This document shows positions 19,301 through 29,602 of a stretch of 49,064 nucleotides of DNA, in pieces. The position numbers were made by a program, and so were the translations under genes. Within the stretch, counting starts at the first letter, position 1, and each line of letters starts with the position of its first letter. The notes under the pieces are model-generated. The model saw nothing but the letters and a program-made list of their open reading frames with translations. It was not told the origin of the DNA and searched no databases. The stretch is from Planctomycetota bacterium (GTDB taxonomy: Bacteria > Planctomycetota > PLA2 > JAEUHO01): positions 1 to 49,064 of the forward strand of contig CBDCWP010000035.1 of assembly GCA_965223505.1 (NCBI GenBank), given 5' to 3'.

Positions 19301-21117
19301 CGCGGGCAAGCGCGCACCGGCGGCGGGCGATGCCGAGGTTCGCAACGCGTGGTCGAGGCGACACTTCGACGTCGACGGCTGGAACGACTGGAAGCCGTTC
19401 GACCATCCCCAGCTGGGGGCAATCGAGATCGGCGGCGACTGGAAGACGTTCGTGAAGCGCAGTCCGCCCGCCGGTCACGCACTCGGTGTCGTCTGCGCGC
19501 GCACCCGCCACTTCCTGGATCAATGCGTGGACGCGCTGCCGCGACTGCGCCTCGATGTCGAGACCGGCACACCGCCGACGTTGGTGATCACGAACGAAGG
19601 CGCGCTGCCCACGGCTTCGCATCGGCTGCATGCGCTCGAGCCGTCTCGAGCGCGCATCGTGCTGTCGGTCGAGCCCGGTGCCGCGATTGCGAAGCTCCCC
19701 GAAGACGCGGTCGTCCTGCAGCGCAACGCGTTCGAGGTGCGCGTGGCGTTGCCGGCGCTTCCGGCCGGGGGCGCGCACCGACTGACGCTCGACGCCAGCC
19801 GCGAGATCGTCGCCCGCGTCTTGCCCGGTGGCCCGATCGGCGGTGCGTTGTTGCGTTGGCGGCCGGACCCGAGCGCCGGCGGGGACGTCAAGATCGTCCA
19901 GATGGACGCGCACAGCTCGCACTACGTGCTGCACGTGCCGGCGTCCTACAAGAAGGGTGCGAAGGTGCCGTTGCTCGTGGACCTGCACGGCGCGGCGCCC
20001 GTCACGCGCGGCCCGGCGCGCATCTCCGTTCGGCCCTGGAAGAGCCTGTGCGCCGAGCACGGGTTCATTCACGTGTTGCCGCAGTCGCGCGCCCGCGCGT
20101 GGGGCCACACCGACGGCGACGAGGCGTTCGTCAACGCGTGCATCGAGCACGTGATCGAGAGCTACGACATCGACGAGAAGCGGATCTGGCTGACCGGCTT
20201 CTCGGCCGGCGCCGACTATGCGCTGCACTTCATGACGCAGGATCCGAAACGATTCGCCGCCGCCGCGCCGATGATGCCGGGGCAGTTCCTGTACGGGCGC
20301 GCGGGGCGCGGACTGTCACGGGAGGGGCTCGAGAACTTGAAGGAGATCCCGCTCCTCTACGTCACGGGCAGCCGCGACGTGCGTCGCGGCACCGTACGCA
20401 AGATCGTGTTCACGCTGCGCGAGATCGGTCTGCAGTCGCACATCCGTGAGGTGCCCGACGTCGGTCACGAGTTCCCGGGGCAGGCGGAGTACGCGCGCAT
20501 CTACGCGTTCCTCTCCGGCACAGACGAGTCGGGCGACGCGATTCCGGAGTTCGAGCTCGCCAAGAAGGCGGTGAAGGGTGGCCACGTCGTCATCGCGCCT
20601 GCGAAGAAGGCGAAGGGCACGGTGGTCGTGCTGCCGAGCAAGGATCCGCCCGAGACCCGGCCGGAGCTACGGGGCGTACGAGCAGGTTGCCGCCGGCGCG
20701 ACGAAGAACGGCTACACGGTGTTGCTGCCGTGGAGCGAGAAGGGCTACGACGCCGCGTTGCTGAGCGCGTGCGTGAAGGCGGCCAAGGCGCCCAAGCCGG
20801 TGATCCTGTTCTCGCACGGCGGCGCGGGGAGCCCCGTCGCGCACCTCGGAGGCGGCGCCGTTGACGGGGCTGTGCTCAGCGGACCGCGCGGCGCGTTCCT
20901 GCGGGCGATCGAGAGGCAGGAGATCGCGATCCCTACGATCGTGTTGGTGGGGGGACGGTCATTCGAGCTGGAGAAGCTGAAGACGGCGATCGGCAAGCGC
21001 GTCGAGGAGAACGCGCCGATGGAGATGGTGATCGTCGAGGGGACGCGTCTGTATGAGCCGCCGCCCGAGTCGCGCATGGAGCGAACGCTGCGCGAGATCA
21101 TGGGGCGGGTGCGGTAA
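16365..21117 (+). CDS. Secreted multidomain hydrolase: M6 metalloprotease + degenerate M6 + M14 carboxypeptidase + alpha/beta esterase + degenerate hydrolase (one frameshift)
   Basis: GTG 16365 with signal peptide; PAHEFGHLFGFKDMY, WSLMARG (M6); LHGNE, GVDLNRNFP, DVHN (M14); LLVDLHG, TGFSAG, GHEF (esterase). An extra G in GGGG 20671-20674 joins it to the ORF ending at 21117. Confidence 0.85.
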
Positions 21118-21175
21118 CGACCCCGTGGACGTGCGCGTGATCGGGGTTGATCGCGAGCGCGCGTGCGAACACGAC

Positions 21176-21227
21176 CGGATCCGGCATCGGGACGGGCATC
21201 GGGACGGGCATCGGGTCCGGGCTCGGA
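21176..21227. repeat. Short tandem repeat (GGCATCGGGACG units) between convergent genes
   Basis: ccggcatcgggacgggcatcgggacgggcatcgggtccgggctcgg is seen directly. Confidence 0.6.
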
Positions 21228-21234
21228 CCGCGGA

Positions 21235-21471
21235 TCAGCGCCGCGGAACGACCTGAATGTGCAACACCGGCTGATGCTTCAGGCAACCCCAGAGGTGGGA
21301 CCGATCCGCCGGACCCGTCTCGTCGTTGATCAGCCAATACCCACCCTTGCGCGTCGGATGCGCATACGCGTCGATCGGCCCCCCGGGCGCCAGCTCCGGC
21401 GGCGTCAGGTCGTGCGCGCACAGCGGACACGTGTGCGCGGGAAACAGGCCATGTTGAATCGTCTCGGCCAT
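21235..21471 (-). CDS. Small hypothetical protein (78 aa) with CxxC, possibly metal-binding
   Basis: MAETIQHGLFPAHTCPLCAHDL...LWGCLKHQP; GC-rich third codon positions; fills an otherwise empty gap. Confidence 0.55.
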   Translation of the reverse strand: MAETIQHGLFPAHTCPLCAHDLTPPELAPGGPIDAYAHPTRKGGYWLINDETGPADRSHLWGCLKHQPVLHIQVVPRR

Positions 21472-23176
21472 GACTACACTCGCGACAACACGCTGGATTC
21501 TACGTTTGCGCACGATTCGCGTCACCTGCCTCGTCCTGCTGGTCCTCGCCGGCTGCATCGCCCGCCCGCACCAACGGCGCCCGCGGCCGCCCCTCGAGTG
21601 CGCCGTCGCAACCGTGCACCCGCTGGCCACCCAGGCCGGTCTCGATGCCGTCGCAGCCGGCGGTAACGCCGTCGATGCCGCCATCGCCGCCGCCCTCACT
21701 CTCGGCATCGTCGACATCCACAACTCGGGCATCGGCGGCGGCTGTTTCCTGATGATCCGCCGCGCCGACGGCGACGTCCTCGTCATCGACGGTCGAGAGA
21801 CGGCGCCCGCCGCCGCAACACGCGACATGTACGTTCGGGACGGGGCCGTCGATCCGACGCTCAGCGTGGAAGGCGCACTGGCCGTCGGCGTTCCCGGCTC
21901 GCTCGCGGCCTTCGACCACGCCGCCCGCGTCGCGGGTCGGCTGCCGCTTCGCGCGGCGCTTCGCCGTGCCGCGACGCTCGCCGAAGGCGGCTTTCCGATC
22001 GGCATGCGGCTCGCAGAACGATTCGCGTCGAAGCAAGCCGCCCTTCGCAAGCTCCCCGCGACGCGCGCCGCCTTCCTCGACCCCGACGGCAACGCCTGGC
22101 CCGAGGGTCACGTGCTGAAACAGCCCGATCTCGCGAAGACGTATCGCGCGATCGCCCGCGAGGGCGTCGGGCACTTCTACGGCGGCGCGTTCGCGCGCAA
22201 GCTCGAGACGTGGATGCGCGCCAACGGCGGCGTCGCGACCGCGAAGGACTTCGCCGACTACCGGATTCGACGGCGCGAGCCCGTCCGAAGCCGCTACCGC
22301 GGCCACGAGATCCTCGGCTTCCCGCCGCCCAGCTCCGGCGGCGTGCACGTCGCGCAGATCCTCACGATGCTCGAGCGCTTCGAGCTCGCCTCGCTCGACG
22401 AAGCCACCCGGCGCCACGTCGTCGCGGAAGCGATGAAGCTCGCGTTCGCCGATCGCGCGCACTGGCTCGGTGATCCGGCCTTCGCCGACGTACCCAAGGG
22501 GCTCTGTGCCGACGGGTACTGCGAGAGCCTGTCGGCGAAGATCCGCCTCGATGCGGTCGTCGACGTCGAGTCCCATGGTTCGCCGCCGAACGCGGACGAG
22601 GATCTCTTCAAGCACACGACCCACATCGCCACGGCCGACAGCGCAGGCAACTGGGTGGCGCTCACGACCACCATCAACACCTCATTCGGCTCCAAGGTCG
22701 TGATCCCCGGCACGGGTGTCGTCATGAACAACCAGATGGACGACTTCTCCGCCCGACCCGGCGTGCCCAACGCGTACGGCCTCGTCGGCGCCGAGGCGAA
22801 CCGCATCGCGCCCGGCAAGCGACCGCTCTCGAGCATGAGCCCGACACTCGTGCTGCGCGACGGGCATCCCGTCCTCACGCTGGGCGGCGCCGGCGGCCCG
22901 ACGATCATCTCACAGGTCGTTCAGGTCCTCATCTACGTCATCGACCTCGAAATGGACTTGCTTGCGGCGCTCGCCGCGCCACGCATCCACCATCAATGGC
23001 GCCCGGACGAGCTGCGCCTCGAAGACGACGTGTCCGCGTCCGTGCGGCGCGCGCTGGAACGACTCGGCCACCGCGTCGCGGTGACGGACGCGATCGGCGT
23101 CGCTCAGGCGGTCGGCGTCGATCGCGGGGGACGCCTGGTCGCGGTGCGTGAGCCCCGGCTGACCGGCCCCCAATAG
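21470..23176 (+). CDS. ggt: Gamma-glutamyltransferase
   Basis: GGNAVDAAIA, SGIGGG, IDGRETAP, PPPSSGG, HTTH (Thr nucleophile), NNQMDDFS, KRPLSSMSP. Lipobox LAGC; the start may be TTG 21506. Confidence 0.95.
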   Translation: MTTLATTRWILRLRTIRVTCLVLLVLAGCIARPHQRRPRPPLECAVATVHPLATQAGLDAVAAGGNAVDAAIAAALTLGIVDIHNSGIGGGCFLMIRRADGDVLVIDGRETAPAAATRDMYVRDGAVDPTLSVEGALAVGVPGSLAAFDHAARVAGRLPLRAALRRAATLAEGGFPIGMRLAERFASKQAALRKLPATRAAFLDPDGNAWPEGHVLKQPDLAKTYRAIAREGVGHFYGGAFARKLETWMRANGGVATAKDFADYRIRRREPVRSRYRGHEILGFPPPSSGGVHVAQILTMLERFELASLDEATRRHVVAEAMKLAFADRAHWLGDPAFADVPKGLCADGYCESLSAKIRLDAVVDVESHGSPPNADEDLFKHTTHIATADSAGNWVALTTTINTSFGSKVVIPGTGVVMNNQMDDFSARPGVPNAYGLVGAEANRIAPGKRPLSSMSPTLVLRDGHPVLTLGGAGGPTIISQVVQVLIYVIDLEMDLLAALAAPRIHHQWRPDELRLEDDVSASVRRALERLGHRVAVTDAIGVAQAVGVDRGGRLVAVREPRLTGPQ

Positions 23177-23362
23177 CGCTTCGTGCGCTTCGCCGGCGCA
23201 GTCCCGCCCAAATGGTGCCCCTCGTGAAACACCGGGACTTTTTCTACGCTTATCAGGGAGCCCCGGGGGACCAGCAGTCGCGTCGACCGCCCGTCCCAGG
23301 GCATGGAGTTCGAAAAGCACATCGCCCCTGGGCCTGCCCCGGGGTGGCTCTGGAGGTTTGCA

Positions 23363-25348
23363 ATGTTCAACAATGCGCGCACGGCGCCCGCGGTCCTGAT
23401 CGCCCTGATGGCGTTCGGTCTGGCCGCGTGCGGAGGCGACGAGCCGGCGGCGACGACGGCCAAGGTCGCCTTCTACTCGCAGCCTGCGGCCGACGTCTGG
23501 ATCGGCGGCGAGGTCAAGGGCAAGACGCCGATCACGGTCGAGCTGCCCGCGGGCGATCACCAGATCGCGTTCAAGGCCGACGGGTTCGCCGACGAGAGTC
23601 AGAAGCTCGCCGTCGTGGGCGGGAAGCACCAGACGCTCTCGGCCTCGCTGGCTCTGGCGGAAGGCGCGTCGAAGGAGGCGTTCAAGACGCTGCTCGCGAG
23701 CCTCGACGCCAAGATGGAGAGTCCCGACAAGATCGAGACCCATCGTGGCGGCAACAACGAGCTGATCACCATCTTCTGGCCGCAGGGCCAGATGCGGATG
23801 GAGGCGATCAAGACGCTCCGAATCGACACGGGACCCGACTACGAGTTCGACGGCGAGCTGGTGGTGAAGAAGGGCAGCAAGGAGCTCTACCGGAGCAAGT
23901 TCGAGCCCGAGTTCACCACGACGTGGGCCGATCTGCCCGCGAACGTGCTGGAGAACCTGAAGTACGGCTCGACCTACAAGATCGGCGTCGAGTTCACGGG
24001 CAAGAAGAAGAAGAAGTCGGTCTGGGTCAAGTTCAAGCCCGTCCGCGGCGCCAAGGCCGAGCGGGGCATCGCGAAGCTCGTCGCGAGCAAGCACTTCCTG
24101 CGGCAGAAGCCCTTCTACCGCGAGATGGCGGTTGCCGAGAAGCTGCTCAACTACCGCCTGTACGCCGAGTACCTGATGTACTCGCTCGACATCCTCAACC
24201 GGAACCCGGAGAAGACGCAGCCCTTCCGCAACATCGTGCTGGCGTGCCAGCGCATGGACCTCAAGGGCACCGAGCTGTACGAGGTCGCGAGCCAGTTCGT
24301 GAGCGGCAAGGGCCAGCTGAAGCCCGTCCAACCCAGCGCGAACATGCCCGAGGCCAGCGGCCCCCGCACGGCCATGCAGCTGCCGAACACGGTTCGTCAG
24401 AACCAGGGGGACCAGAACGCCACCTCGGGTCCGCGCCCCAACGGCGCGTACCTGCCGCCGATGGCGGAGGAAACGGGCGCCGCGTCGTCCAGTCCCACCG
24501 TAGCGGGCGCCGGCGCGCCGCCTCCGGGCGTCACCGCCGAAGGCGGTCTGCCCCCCGGTCCGGAGAACCAAGGTGAGCCGGGTGCGAACTTCGAAGCGGA
24601 GATCCTGGCGCTGAACGCCGTTGCGAGCGGGTTGGCCGCGCAGGCCGACGAGCTCGAGAACGAAGCGGCGCGGCTCGACGAGCAGGCAACGCGACTCGAG
24701 GAGGCGGAAGCCGCGGCGATCGCAGCCGAGGCTTCGACGCGCAGCGCACAGAGCACGGTGGACGCTGCTCAGGTCGCGTTGGACGCGGCCCGCACGGCCG
24801 CCGATGCGCCCGGGGCGACTGCGGCGGACCGCGACGCGTTCGATGCGGCGCAGCAGGCGTTCGACCAGGCCATGCAGGCCCTCGATGTCGCGGCCGAGCA
24901 ACAGCGCGAGGCGGAGGACATCGTTCGCCAGCAGGTGCACGCGGCCGGCGGCTCGCCCGATGAGCTTCGTCGGCGCGCCAACGAAGCGATTCAGCTGGCG
25001 GACCAGATGCGGATCCGCGCGAACGAGGCGGGCGAAGCTGCCGAGCACGCGACCCACCATCCTGCGGAGCGCGCCGAGCTCGCGGCGCAGGCCGCCGCCG
25101 CGCGTCAGCAGGAGCAGCTGCTGTCGCTCCAGCGGCAGGCGGAGCAGGCCGACGCCTTGCTCATGGCAGCCGGCACGGCCTTGAATGCCGCGAACGAGAC
25201 CCTCGCGGCGGTTCTCGCCAACCCGGCATCCACGGCGCAGGAGCGGGATGCCGCCAACCGCGCGGTGGAAGAAGCCGACCAGCGCATGCAGGACGCCGAA
25301 CGCATCGCGGCCGAGAAGCGCACCGCCTTCGAAGAGGCCAGTCAGTAA
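23363..25348 (+). CDS. PEGA-domain lipoprotein with Ala/Glu/Gln-rich coiled-coil tail
   Basis: GGAGG RBS then ATG 23363; lipobox GLAAC; PEGA (SQPAADVWIGGEVKGKTP..LPAGDHQI..ADGF). Confidence 0.8.
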   Translation: MFNNARTAPAVLIALMAFGLAACGGDEPAATTAKVAFYSQPAADVWIGGEVKGKTPITVELPAGDHQIAFKADGFADESQKLAVVGGKHQTLSASLALAEGASKEAFKTLLASLDAKMESPDKIETHRGGNNELITIFWPQGQMRMEAIKTLRIDTGPDYEFDGELVVKKGSKELYRSKFEPEFTTTWADLPANVLENLKYGSTYKIGVEFTGKKKKKSVWVKFKPVRGAKAERGIAKLVASKHFLRQKPFYREMAVAEKLLNYRLYAEYLMYSLDILNRNPEKTQPFRNIVLACQRMDLKGTELYEVASQFVSGKGQLKPVQPSANMPEASGPRTAMQLPNTVRQNQGDQNATSGPRPNGAYLPPMAEETGAASSSPTVAGAGAPPPGVTAEGGLPPGPENQGEPGANFEAEILALNAVASGLAAQADELENEAARLDEQATRLEEAEAAAIAAEASTRSAQSTVDAAQVALDAARTAADAPGATAADRDAFDAAQQAFDQAMQALDVAAEQQREAEDIVRQQVHAAGGSPDELRRRANEAIQLADQMRIRANEAGEAAEHATHHPAERAELAAQAAAARQQEQLLSLQRQAEQADALLMAAGTALNAANETLAAVLANPASTAQERDAANRAVEEADQRMQDAERIAAEKRTAFEEASQ

Positions 25349-25373
25349 GGGGATTTTGAGAGGCCTCTACGTC

Positions 25374-25465
25374 GGGGCGCGGGCGACCACCCGCGCCCCG
25401 GTCTTCCCCTTTTCGTGCATTCACTCCAGAAGGCCGGCGCCCGGCGAGGCGCCGGCCTTCCTTTG
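25374..25465 (+). terminator. Two GC hairpins after the PEGA lipoprotein gene
   Basis: GGGGCGCGGG/CCCGCGCCCC (25374-25399) and GAAGGCCGGCGCC/GGCGCCGGCCTTC (25429-25460), each followed by a pyrimidine tract. Confidence 0.55.
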
Positions 25466-25523
25466 CGTATCGACCGTATCGACCGCCCTGGCCCGGCGAA
25501 GAGGAGGGGTATCATCCTCCCCC

Positions 25524-26087
25524 GTGTCCCTCGGCCAGACCCAACGCCTGATCCTCGATGCCATCGGTGGCGACGAGCACTCCCGCAACGAGCTGCTCGA
25601 CCACCTGTGGCCCCGGACCGTTCTGTGGGTCGCGAGCCAGATGTCCGCGGCCCTGCGGGCCAAGACGGAGGCCGAGGACATCGCCCAGGAGATCCTCCTC
25701 TCGGTGCACAAGAGCTTCGCCGCCTTTCGCGGGGAGGACGATCGGTCGTTCTTCGCCTGGTTCTTCCGGATCGCGCGCAACCGGATCGCGGACGTGGCGA
25801 CCTACGAGGGGGCCCAGAAGCGCCAGCCGGTCCCGCGTATGGCGTTCTCCCAGACGTCGCCCTCCACGCCGATCGTTCGGAACGAACAGCTCAGGATCAT
25901 CCGCGAGGCCGTCGAGACCCTGCCCGAGGACTACCGCACGGTGATCCAGCTCGTGCGGCTCGAGGAGCTGCCCGTGCCCGAGGTGGCCGAGCTGATGGAG
26001 CGGTCGGAGAACGCCGTCCGCATCCTGTATTGCCGCGCCCTGAAGGCCATGCGCGCCGCCATGAAGCCGGACGAGTCCGTCCCCTAG
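25524..26087 (+). CDS. ECF sigma factor (kinase-associated)
   Basis: GTG 25524; EAEDIAQE, FFAWFFRIARNRIAD, LPEDYRTVIQL..EVAELMERSENAVRILYCRALKAM. Confidence 0.9.
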   Translation: MSLGQTQRLILDAIGGDEHSRNELLDHLWPRTVLWVASQMSAALRAKTEAEDIAQEILLSVHKSFAAFRGEDDRSFFAWFFRIARNRIADVATYEGAQKRQPVPRMAFSQTSPSTPIVRNEQLRIIREAVETLPEDYRTVIQLVRLEELPVPEVAELMERSENAVRILYCRALKAMRAAMKPDESVP

Positions 26088-26145
26088 GGCACAAACCCGG
26101 AAGGGACGAAATGCTGCCGCCTCCCCTCCGCCTAGATCAGATGCC

Positions 26146-28242
26146 ATGACGCCGCAAGAAACGGATCCCCTCGTCGCCGAAGCCCTGGCGGACTATCACC
26201 GTCGCCGGGCCCTGGGTGAGTCCCCCGACCCGTCGACCTACAAGGAGCGGCTCGACGACTCCTACGAGGACTTCGTCGACGTCTTGGCCGCCGAGGCGAT
26301 GTTCGACGACCTGCTCGAGCCGGCGACCGAGCTCGAGCTGCCGCGCCCGTTCGGGGAGTACACCCTGCTGCGCGAGCTCGGGCGGGGTGCGGTCGGCGTC
26401 GTCTACGAGGCGTTGCACCGCAAGCTCGGCCGCCGCGCGGCGCTCAAGGTCCTGCGGACGGGGTTCGACACCGACCAGCTCGCAAAGGACCGCTTCCTGC
26501 GGGAGGCGAAGGCCTGCGCACAGGTGCGGCACGACTCGATCGTAGAGATCTACGAGGCGGACGAGGTCCAGGGGCGGCCGTTCTACGCCATGGCGCTGAT
26601 CGAGGGGCGCACCATCGAGCAGATCCTCAAGGACGGCGAGGAGCTCGATCCGAAGGCCGTATGCGGCGGCCTGGCCGGCATCGCCGAGGCACTGCAGCGG
26701 TTGCACGACGCCGGCATCGTGCACCGGGACGTCAAGCCCTCCAACGTGATCGTGCAGCCCGACGGCCGCATGGTCCTGGCCGACTTCGGCCTCGCGCGCA
26801 CCGCCGTCGCCGAGACGTTGTCCCGGACGGGCACCGCGCTGGGAACGCCGCTGTACATGAGCCCGGAGCAGATGCTCGGGCAGCGCGAGGAGATCGACGG
26901 ACGTTCGGACGTCTACGGGCTGGGCGCGACGCTCTACCAGGCACTGTGCGGCGTTCCGCCCTTCAAGACCGGCGAAGTGCAGGCGCTCATGCGCATGGTG
27001 CTCTCCGAGCGCCCGCAGGATCCAGGCGTGCATCGCGATGGGCTGTCCCAGGAGTGCGGACGCATCGCCCTGAAGTGTCTCGAGAAGGAGAAGAACGACA
27101 GGTACGCCACCGCCCGTGCACTGCAGAAGGACCTGCTCGCGTTCGCCGAGGGTCGCCGCGTCGAGGGGCGCCCGCTCTCCGGAGCGCAACGTGGACTGCG
27201 CGCCGTGCGCAGGCATCCGCTGATCGCGGCGGCCGCCGTTCTGCTGGTCGGGTTCGGGATCTGGCAGCTCTTCCTGCGGCCGCCGCAGCCCGCGTGGCTG
27301 ACGGCGCAGGTATGGCCCGAAGCTTCGCTGCACATCAACGACGGCGAGCCGATCGAGACTCCCGTCAGCAGGTACGAGGTGGCGTCCAACCGTCGCTACA
27401 CCCTGAAGTTCCAGGCAGAGGGATTCGCCACGCACGTACTGGACTGGCATCCCGAGCCCGACGAGAAGAACACCATCAACCTCAGCCTGCGGCCGGTGAC
27501 GCGCGCGGCGCTCGAAAAGGTGTCGCAGCGTCTCGAGATCAAGCCCGAGATGTACGAACAGGGCAGCGGACCCCGGAGCGGTCCGGAGGATCGAGACGGC
27601 GTCGGGCTCCTCTATCCGCGCGGCCGCGTCCGCATGGAGGACCTCGAGGCGTTCGCGGTGTTCGTCGAAGAGAAGTACCTCCCGGGCCGCATCGTCTTCG
27701 AGATCGGCGACGAGGTCGTCTCGGATGAGCCGTTCCCGGAACCGGAAAACTCCTTCACCGCTTTGCCGATCCCGCAAAAGTTCCTGGACCGCGTGATGCC
27801 GGGTGACGTCGTCAAGTGGAGCTACCTCTACGACGAGACGGACCGCGAGCGCACGACAACGACGTTCGAGGTCATCGGAGACGAGGCGCACCGCGAGATC
27901 CGGCACCGGCTTGCCTTGATCCCCGTCGACGACGGAAGCGACGCGCAGATCTCGAAGAATCTCCGCGCGCTTCGGTTGCGCGTGTACCGCCAGGCCGGTC
28001 TCGATACGGCAGTGTTCCTGAGGCTGACCGAGAGACGCACGATTCCAGCGTACGAGAAGGGCCTCGATCCGACGAGCGCGTCGGACCTGGAGGCGATGTT
28101 GATCCTGCGCGACAGCATGACGAATCTCTTCGAGAACGACATGAGCGTTCCCACCGAGCAATGGGCGGTCGGCGAGGCGCTGCGCCAGGAGCGCTGGGAT
28201 CCAGAGGTGTGGTCCTCGCTCGTTCGCGACTCGGACGGATAG
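26146..28242 (+). CDS. Hanks-type Ser/Thr protein kinase with TM and PEGA-like ectodomain
   Basis: GRGAVGVVY, ALKVL, HRDVKPSN, DFG, GTPLYMSPEQ, DVYGLG; TM LIAAAAVLLVGFGIWQLF. Confidence 0.95.
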   Translation: MTPQETDPLVAEALADYHRRRALGESPDPSTYKERLDDSYEDFVDVLAAEAMFDDLLEPATELELPRPFGEYTLLRELGRGAVGVVYEALHRKLGRRAALKVLRTGFDTDQLAKDRFLREAKACAQVRHDSIVEIYEADEVQGRPFYAMALIEGRTIEQILKDGEELDPKAVCGGLAGIAEALQRLHDAGIVHRDVKPSNVIVQPDGRMVLADFGLARTAVAETLSRTGTALGTPLYMSPEQMLGQREEIDGRSDVYGLGATLYQALCGVPPFKTGEVQALMRMVLSERPQDPGVHRDGLSQECGRIALKCLEKEKNDRYATARALQKDLLAFAEGRRVEGRPLSGAQRGLRAVRRHPLIAAAAVLLVGFGIWQLFLRPPQPAWLTAQVWPEASLHINDGEPIETPVSRYEVASNRRYTLKFQAEGFATHVLDWHPEPDEKNTINLSLRPVTRAALEKVSQRLEIKPEMYEQGSGPRSGPEDRDGVGLLYPRGRVRMEDLEAFAVFVEEKYLPGRIVFEIGDEVVSDEPFPEPENSFTALPIPQKFLDRVMPGDVVKWSYLYDETDRERTTTTFEVIGDEAHREIRHRLALIPVDDGSDAQISKNLRALRLRVYRQAGLDTAVFLRLTERRTIPAYEKGLDPTSASDLEAMLILRDSMTNLFENDMSVPTEQWAVGEALRQERWDPEVWSSLVRDSDG

Positions 28243-28361
28243 GTCCGCGTAAGCGTCTCGGACACAGCTTTTGCACCGCGCCGGGGAACCGCCGCGCGCG
28301 CGTTTCCATCTGACCCCTCGTGCCCGCATCGAGCGGCGCACGAACGTCGAGGAAACGCACC

Positions 28362-29588
28362 ATGCATCGCTTCGTCCTTCCACTCTTCGTCCTGCTCGCG
28401 ATCTCGATCGCGGCCCGTCCGGCGCACGCGCGCATCAAGATGGCGGCTCTGCCGGAACGCGAGCGCGTCGAGATCCAGCTCGACAACGGCCACTTCACGC
28501 TGGTGGAGGAGGAGCGCATCGTGCCGCTGCTCCAGGCCACGAACATGGTCGATTTCAGCTGGTCGAACACGCAGATCGACAAGCGCTCGATCCAGTTTCG
28601 ACCGATCGCGATCCGCACCGGTGGCGCGTTCCGGCCGATCAAGACCCTCGACGGCAAGTCCGAGGTCGCCGTCGTCAACGTCGCCTATCCGCCGAACGAG
28701 AATGCGCTCGTGTGGGAGGTCTTCGCCCGCAAGGCGTGCGCGCTGAAGGTCCGCGTCAGCTACCTGATCTCGAATCTCACCCGCGCGTTCGCGTACCGCG
28801 CCCAGGCGGACGAAGACGAGACCCGGCTCGTGCTGAAGAAGATCGTTCAGCTGCGCAACTACTCGGGTGAGGAATTCGGGCAGGCGGGCGTGTGGGCCGG
28901 GTTCGGTCCGAAGTTCGACAAGCACGTCGGCGACCAGGAGGACATCAAGATGCTCCTGCAGCGCTTCGACGGCGTGCCGATCACCAAGACCTATATCTAC
29001 GACTGGTACGCCCACGGCGCGCTGAATCCCGACAAGCCGTTCGCTTCCAAGGTGCTGATGCACTATCAGCTGCGCAACGACGAGAAGAACGGCCTGGGGC
29101 GCTATCCCATGCAGCCCGGCAAGGTGCGCATCTTCATCGAGGACGGTCGCGGCGGTGAGGCATTCCTGGGCGAGGACTGGACACCGCTCACGCCCATCGA
29201 CGGCGACATGCGGCTCTTCCTCGGCGAGGCACGAGATGTCGTCTGTACGCGCACCATCCGCGACAACGTCCGTCACGAGATCCAGGGCAACCTCTTCGAC
29301 CAGGAGCTCTGGATCCAGTACGAGATCGAGAACTTCAAGGACGAGGCGGTGCAGCTTGACATCGTGGAGCAGATCAACCGTCTGGCAAAGCAGTACGGAC
29401 GCTCGCCGCACGGCCATGCCGAGTGGGTGCTGGGCGAAGACACCTCCGACGGCATTGCGCTGTCGTACGAACGCGGCGGCGCGTTCCCTCAGCTCAGCGT
29501 CAAGCTGCCTGCGCGCCCTGAAGATCCGAACGAGAAGGTCGAGAAGCGCGTCGTCGTCCTCCACCTCACGATCAAGAACCTCTGGTAG
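28362..29588 (+). CDS. Exported DUF4139-like protein
   Basis: Signal peptide; TLVEEER, FSWSNTQID, PMQPGKVRIF and FLGED; clear paralog of the next gene. Confidence 0.75.
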   Translation: MHRFVLPLFVLLAISIAARPAHARIKMAALPERERVEIQLDNGHFTLVEEERIVPLLQATNMVDFSWSNTQIDKRSIQFRPIAIRTGGAFRPIKTLDGKSEVAVVNVAYPPNENALVWEVFARKACALKVRVSYLISNLTRAFAYRAQADEDETRLVLKKIVQLRNYSGEEFGQAGVWAGFGPKFDKHVGDQEDIKMLLQRFDGVPITKTYIYDWYAHGALNPDKPFASKVLMHYQLRNDEKNGLGRYPMQPGKVRIFIEDGRGGEAFLGEDWTPLTPIDGDMRLFLGEARDVVCTRTIRDNVRHEIQGNLFDQELWIQYEIENFKDEAVQLDIVEQINRLAKQYGRSPHGHAEWVLGEDTSDGIALSYERGGAFPQLSVKLPARPEDPNEKVEKRVVVLHLTIKNLW

Positions 29589-29602
29589 CCGAAGGAAACG
29601 TC

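Noticed and set aside
20660..20680. Programmed ribosomal frameshift in the hydrolase gene
   Set aside because: No slippery heptamer; one extra G in a G run is better explained as a sequencing error.
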